Source: Alphaproteobacteria bacterium (GTDB lineage Bacteria; Pseudomonadota; Alphaproteobacteria; Bin95). Taken from it: DNA of 64,000 nucleotides. The position numbers and the translations under genes are program-made. The stretch covers positions 5,024,001-5,088,000 of the forward strand of contig CBDBGH010000003.1 in the NCBI GenBank assembly GCA_965205265.1, written 5' to 3'. Below, piece by piece: positions 59,910 through 64,000 of the stretch. Position 1 is the stretch's first letter. Each line of letters begins with the position of its first letter. The notes under the pieces are model-generated. The model saw nothing but the letters and a program-made list of their open reading frames with translations. It was not told where the DNA came from and did no database searches.

Positions 59910-60374
59910 TCATGGTCCGGTCCAGAGGCCGAGATCGTGCAGTTCGCGACGCAGGGACTCCGGAAGCCCGCCATCGTGGTGAACGCCGCCGGCGAGGTCC
60001 GGGGGAGCATCCCTGCCCTCGAGATAGCGCCAGCCGCGGAGGAAGCGCACCGGCCGCGGCTCGACCGCGACATGATGGGGCGAGCACATAATGGCGAAGT
60101 GATTTTCGAAGAACGGATCGTACCGGGTGGTGAATTCGCGCACCGGCTCCACCCCGACAAACGGCATCCGGAACATCGTATGGTTCCGATAGACGAAATA
60201 GACCGACCCGCCTTTCAGTTCATCGACCCTCCTGGGGCGCTGGCGCGCCCATGATCCGTAGAGGGTCCCCTGCCGTTGCCAGAGACGACAGCGGCGCAGC
60301 CAGACCTCCAGTGTCGTTCGCTCCCCGTCGAGGAACATCGGCAGCCGCTGCAGCAGGTGCAGTCGGCTGCTCAT
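59910..60374 (-). CDS. DUF1489-like protein
   Basis: P.R.DEL.GGSVY.V...V.VEPRP.RF.RGWRYLE..DAPPDL...LR.EL.DLGL. Confidence 0.75.
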   Translation of the reverse strand: MSSRLHLLQRLPMFLDGERTTLEVWLRRCRLWQRQGTLYGSWARQRPRRVDELKGGSVYFVYRNHTMFRMPFVGVEPVREFTTRYDPFFENHFAIMCSPHHVAVEPRPVRFLRGWRYLEGRDAPPDLAGGVHHDGGLPESLRRELHDLGLWTGP

Positions 60375-60426
60375 GCCGGAGAGGACCGGGTCCATTGCGC
60401 GGGCTGGGGAGTGTCCGGCAGGCCGG

Positions 60427-62769
60427 TCATGCGGGTCCCGTGATCCGCTCGAAGCTGTCCCGGACGACGTCCGGCCAGGGCGGGGGAACGCCGGACACCC
60501 CGAAATCGCCGCTCGCATCGTCCCGACCGGGGGCGGGACGGGGCGTGTCCGGAGCGTGCCGGTAGAGCCCGAGGACGCGCTTCGAGTCCGGCCGGGAAGC
60601 GGCAATGACCACGGCCATTGTCATGGGGCGCAGCAGGTCCGGATCCTGGGAGCCGGTCTTCAACCGACGGGAGAACCCCCAAAACCGGTGCAGGGTTGAC
60701 ATGACGCGTGAGGAGACGCTTTCCACGACAACGGCCGGCCCGCCGTCCTTCCAGACCGATGTGAGACGGCTCATGCCCTTGCGGATCGACGATCTGTAAC
60801 GTTCGGGTTCGGCCATCTTGAACACCGGATGGTTGACGAGATCCATGGCCAGGAACCGCTCAAGCTTTTCCTGCGGCATGCCGCCGGCCGCCATGGCGTT
60901 GACACGGTCCCGGAATGTCGCCCAGCGCGCCGGGTCATGCCCGAGATATTCCCAAGGGGTCATGTTGCCCTTGGCCTCGTTTTCCTCGATGCCGCAGAGC
61001 GTCTTGTTGTTGAAACTGTTCCTGTGGCTCGGGACCCGGGAACGGGGCCAGATATGGTCGATATTGTAGCGCGGGGTGCGGCCGAACAGGGCGTCGAAAG
61101 AAATGGTGGCCCCCGTGTAGGGGCACCGCTTGCCTGTTTCTACCCAGAGCAGCCAGCGCTCGATCTGGTTGTCGGAAGGCTTCCGGATGCCGTTCCTCGC
61201 AAGGTCGTCCTTGGCGGCGTTGCGCTGGACGATCCGCCGGCGGCGCGCGATCTCGGCGATCCGAGGGTCCGGGTCCATGGCCAATTCGGTGGCAAACAGC
61301 GCCCGTACACGGTCCGGGCGTCCGAACCGGTCGGAAAGCGAGCGGGCGAGCGTACACATCAGATGGAAGGAATCGGCAGGCCGGTTCCGGCCGTCTTCGG
61401 CGTTGTCCTCCTGGCCGGGGAACACCGTCCGGCGCCACTGCTTCCATTCCTCGGTGTTGAGCAGGGTCGAGAAGCGGATGCCGCGCTCCAGCTGCGGAAG
61501 TATCGTTTCGAGGGCTTCCGCAGAGAACGGTTCCGCCCCGGCGCTCATTTCGAGCGCGGCGAGCGCCTCGGCCCGCCGGGCGGACAGACCGTACTCGCGG
61601 CAGAACCGCTGGGCGGCCGCGCGGCGCAAGGCGAGGCGCTCACCGACGGGCCGGACGATCGGCCGGTTATTCCCGTTGGCCCGGTAGTCGGCCTCCCAAA
61701 GCAGACCGGAAACCCGTTCGCGTATCTCGTCCCTGCGCGGATGGCGGTTCCATCGCTCGCCGAAAGCGGTTTGCAGGGCAACCTCGACCGGGTTGGCGGT
61801 CAGGCCGGCCTCGCCACCCTCCTCGAAATTGAACCGGGGCGGAATGAGGGTGCGGGAGTTGGCCCGGCCAACCGTTCCGGCCTCGCCCAGGGTGCGCCAT
61901 GCCTCGTCCCAGGACAGCGCTGCGCTGTTTTCGAGGGCTTCCCTGGCCTTGCGGCGCCGCTCCTGGCCTATCGGCCCGAGAATGTCCCGCACCTCGTTCC
62001 AGGACAGGAAATGACGGGCGCGAAGGGCATCAAGCAGCGCCGTCCGTTCAGGGTCCGAAAGCCTTCGGTCCTGCGGATAGACGATCGAAAGCGCATTGAG
62101 CTTGTCGAGCATCTGCTTTTCACGGGCGAGCCAGGTGCTCTTGGGGCAGAGTGGGGCCCCCGGCACGAAGGGACATTGGCCCGGGAACCGGTTGGGCGTC
62201 CAACTGTGCGGGCTGTCGGGGACCAGCGCGGCCTTGAGGCTCTGCCGCACCCCCGGAGCGGACAGCCCGTCATGATGGACCGCCTGACTGTCCCAGAGGA
62301 CATCGAATTCCTTCAGGAGATCCTCGCGGCATCCGGGTGGGCCCGGGAGGCTGTCGCGCCCCGACAGGCCCGTCCGGACCGCGCTGCCGGAGGCGATATA
62401 GAGGTCCTCGCCACGGCGGTGCTGCACAAGCTGAAAGAGGAGCCGCCCGAATTCCCGGCGCGCGAGCGCCTCGCCCCGGGCGGCTCGCAGCCGCAGGTGA
62501 GCGAGATCGCCGGTATCCGCGACCAGCCAGCGCCACTCGGCGGTATGCTGGTCGGGCAGGAGGCGGTGGGCGGCAAGCAGGCGTCGGGCCTGCCTGCGCC
62601 GGCCCAGGCCGTATCGCCGGGCGGCGCGGCGACGCGCCGGTCCGGCGACGATGTCGACGGGTTCCAGGCCGACCGAAAGGATCCGGCCGCCGTCCCCGTC
62701 GCCATCGCGTTCGACCACGGCATAGCCGACAAGGTTCGGTTGGACATTGAAACCGAAGGTCAGGGTCAC
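60427..62769 (-). CDS. Truncated type II-C Cas9 derivative (RuvC inactivated, HNH intact), 780 aa
   Basis: RuvC-I-like FGFNVQPNLVGYAVV, Arg-rich bridge helix, REC GQCPFVP..P..PKS...MLDKLNAL, HNH CPYTG..IDHIWPRS..NSFNNKTLC...NEAKGN.TPWEYL; GTGA-coupled start. Confidence 0.88.
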   Translation of the reverse strand: MTLTFGFNVQPNLVGYAVVERDGDGDGGRILSVGLEPVDIVAGPARRRAARRYGLGRRRQARRLLAAHRLLPDQHTAEWRWLVADTGDLAHLRLRAARGEALARREFGRLLFQLVQHRRGEDLYIASGSAVRTGLSGRDSLPGPPGCREDLLKEFDVLWDSQAVHHDGLSAPGVRQSLKAALVPDSPHSWTPNRFPGQCPFVPGAPLCPKSTWLAREKQMLDKLNALSIVYPQDRRLSDPERTALLDALRARHFLSWNEVRDILGPIGQERRRKAREALENSAALSWDEAWRTLGEAGTVGRANSRTLIPPRFNFEEGGEAGLTANPVEVALQTAFGERWNRHPRRDEIRERVSGLLWEADYRANGNNRPIVRPVGERLALRRAAAQRFCREYGLSARRAEALAALEMSAGAEPFSAEALETILPQLERGIRFSTLLNTEEWKQWRRTVFPGQEDNAEDGRNRPADSFHLMCTLARSLSDRFGRPDRVRALFATELAMDPDPRIAEIARRRRIVQRNAAKDDLARNGIRKPSDNQIERWLLWVETGKRCPYTGATISFDALFGRTPRYNIDHIWPRSRVPSHRNSFNNKTLCGIEENEAKGNMTPWEYLGHDPARWATFRDRVNAMAAGGMPQEKLERFLAMDLVNHPVFKMAEPERYRSSIRKGMSRLTSVWKDGGPAVVVESVSSRVMSTLHRFWGFSRRLKTGSQDPDLLRPMTMAVVIAASRPDSKRVLGLYRHAPDTPRPAPGRDDASGDFGVSGVPPPWPDVVRDSFERITGPA

Positions 62770-63230
62770 GGGAGCCTGCCAGGGGAGACGTCGGCGGCAC
62801 CGGCCTCCCGGGAGGACGAGGAGGGGCGACCGAACTCCTCCTCCACTTCCTCGAGCCAGGTCTGCACGCAACGGCGCGCATGGGCGCGCTGGATTTCGTC
62901 CGCATCGGCATAGCCGGGGATGCGTGACCAGTCGCCTGTAGTGACGGCGCGGTGCGCGTCCGCCGGGGACAATACGGCTCCTCCGCCGCGCGAGCAGTGG
63001 ACCGCGAGGACCTGGTCGTCGCGCGTGGTTCCGGAATCATCGGACCAGTAGATGTAGTATTCGGAGCGCACGAATCCGTTGCGCTCGCGCCATTCGGCCT
63101 GCAGCCGGGCACGTTCGTTCATCCGGGTGTCGAAGCCGGCGGCGTCAACGGTCTTCCCGAGACTGTTGTACTGGTCATGCTGTGCCGCCGTCGGTCCGGG
63201 CAGCAGGGCGCTCCAGCGCGTGTAGGACAT
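62766..63230 (-). CDS. Hypothetical protein (paralog pair upstream of the Cas9-like gene)
   Basis: MSYTRW..LLP.PT.AQ...NGFVR..YYIYW...DQ.L..H...DWS.IPGY. Confidence 0.78.
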   Translation of the reverse strand: MSYTRWSALLPGPTAAQHDQYNSLGKTVDAAGFDTRMNERARLQAEWRERNGFVRSEYYIYWSDDSGTTRDDQVLAVHCSRGGGAVLSPADAHRAVTTGDWSRIPGYADADEIQRAHARRCVQTWLEEVEEEFGRPSSSSREAGAADVSPGRLP

Positions 63231-63256
63231 GGGTGATCTCCGGCCGGGAACCGCTG

Positions 63257-63685
63257 TCAGCCGCCGGTTTCCGGGGCGGGCGGTGCCGGGTATTTCGCGA
63301 CCACGTCCGCAATCCACTGGCCAACGCAGGCGCGGACATTGGCGCGCTGGACTTCCCCGCATTCCGTGTAGCCCGGCACGCAGGACCAGTCGTCACCGTC
63401 CAGCGCGTTCCGGGCCTGTGCCAGGGTGATCCGGGTGCGCGCCCAGGGGCCGCAATAATGGATGCAGAGAAGCTGGTCTTCGCATTTGTCTCCGGACCCG
63501 GCGTCCCAGTAGATGTAGTGGTCGGCGCGCACGAACCCGTTCGCCCGGCACCACTCGTCAATGCGCTCGCCGTAACTCTCGACCCATTCGAGCGGCGATC
63601 CCGCCCGGGCATAGAGGTCCAGATACGCATCGAGCTGGGCCTCCGTGGGTTCGGGGAGCAGACTGATCCAACGCGAGTAGGCCAT
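63257..63685 (-). CDS. Hypothetical protein, paralog of 62766..63230
   Basis: MAYSRWISLLPEPTEAQ...NGFVRADHYIYW...DWSCVPGY. Confidence 0.78.
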   Translation of the reverse strand: MAYSRWISLLPEPTEAQLDAYLDLYARAGSPLEWVESYGERIDEWCRANGFVRADHYIYWDAGSGDKCEDQLLCIHYCGPWARTRITLAQARNALDGDDWSCVPGYTECGEVQRANVRACVGQWIADVVAKYPAPPAPETGG

Positions 63686-63724
63686 GGTTCCTTCCCTTTG
63701 TCCGGCGTGCATCGGCGTGTCGGC

Positions 63725-64000
63725 TCAGCCGACTTCGCCGCCCCAGAGATCGGCGACGAAGATCTGCCATGCGATCCTCTCGCGAAGCAGCCAGCCCTCG
63801 ATCTCGCCCCTCGGGACGTCGGACAGAGGTCCCTGCGGATGCACGAGGTGCCAGAGTTGGTGTTCCCCGGTCTCGTCGGCAAGGGGGACGAAACCGCAGG
63901 ACCGGGCCAGGGCCTGGCTGTCCCGGGGGACCGCCCGGAGCATGTAGTGCTTGTGGAGGCGGTCATCGCCGGCGTTCTCGCCGGCGAGGATGAGGAGATC
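63725..64000 (-). CDS. Hypothetical protein, 3' end (runs off the window)
   Basis: Open frame from the window edge to the stop at 63725. Confidence 0.5.
   Translation of the reverse strand, partial: DLLILAGENAGDDRLHKHYMLRAVPRDSQALARSCGFVPLADETGEHQLWHLVHPQGPLSDVPRGEIEGWLLRERIAWQIFVADLWGGEVG

Noticed and set aside
59894-64000. Type II array or tracrRNA for the Cas9-like gene
   Set aside because: Intergenic gaps are under about 55 bp with no repeats; the window's array has type I-G repeats; a cognate RNA could lie outside the window

Overview
High-GC accessory region that looks alphaproteobacterial, probably part of a large plasmid/ICE or genomic island; tandem ankyrin genes suggest a host-associated bacterium (inference). 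No rRNA or tRNA was seen. The main signal is a type I-G (I-U) CRISPR effector operon (cas3-cas8u2-csb1-csb2, no cas1/2/4 in the window). Its Cas3 has lost its helicase/ATPase catalytic residues while the ORF stays intact. A hidden single-spacer mini-array next to cas3 matches the -10 box of the cas promoter, with a TTC PAM and mismatches at positions 2, 6 and 12, which points to RNA-guided autorepression. About 6.5 kb away lies an 11-repeat array whose distal repeats diverge but keep a hairpin and the ATTGAAG handle. Separately, a 780-aa Cas9 derivative (RuvC dead, HNH intact, no WED/PI domain) sits in an operon with no array. The window also has nested IS elements (IS21 in IS1634 in a pentapeptide gene), a second cargo-carrying IS21, about 12 DUF6878-like paralogs, ankyrin arrays, Fic/HipA/HigA/AbiEii-type genes, clpS, rnhA, recJ, a Dam-type methylase and a DEDD exonuclease. 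About 25 unrelated proteins share an acidic/Pro-rich C-terminal tail. Family names come from motif recognition only; no searches were run.
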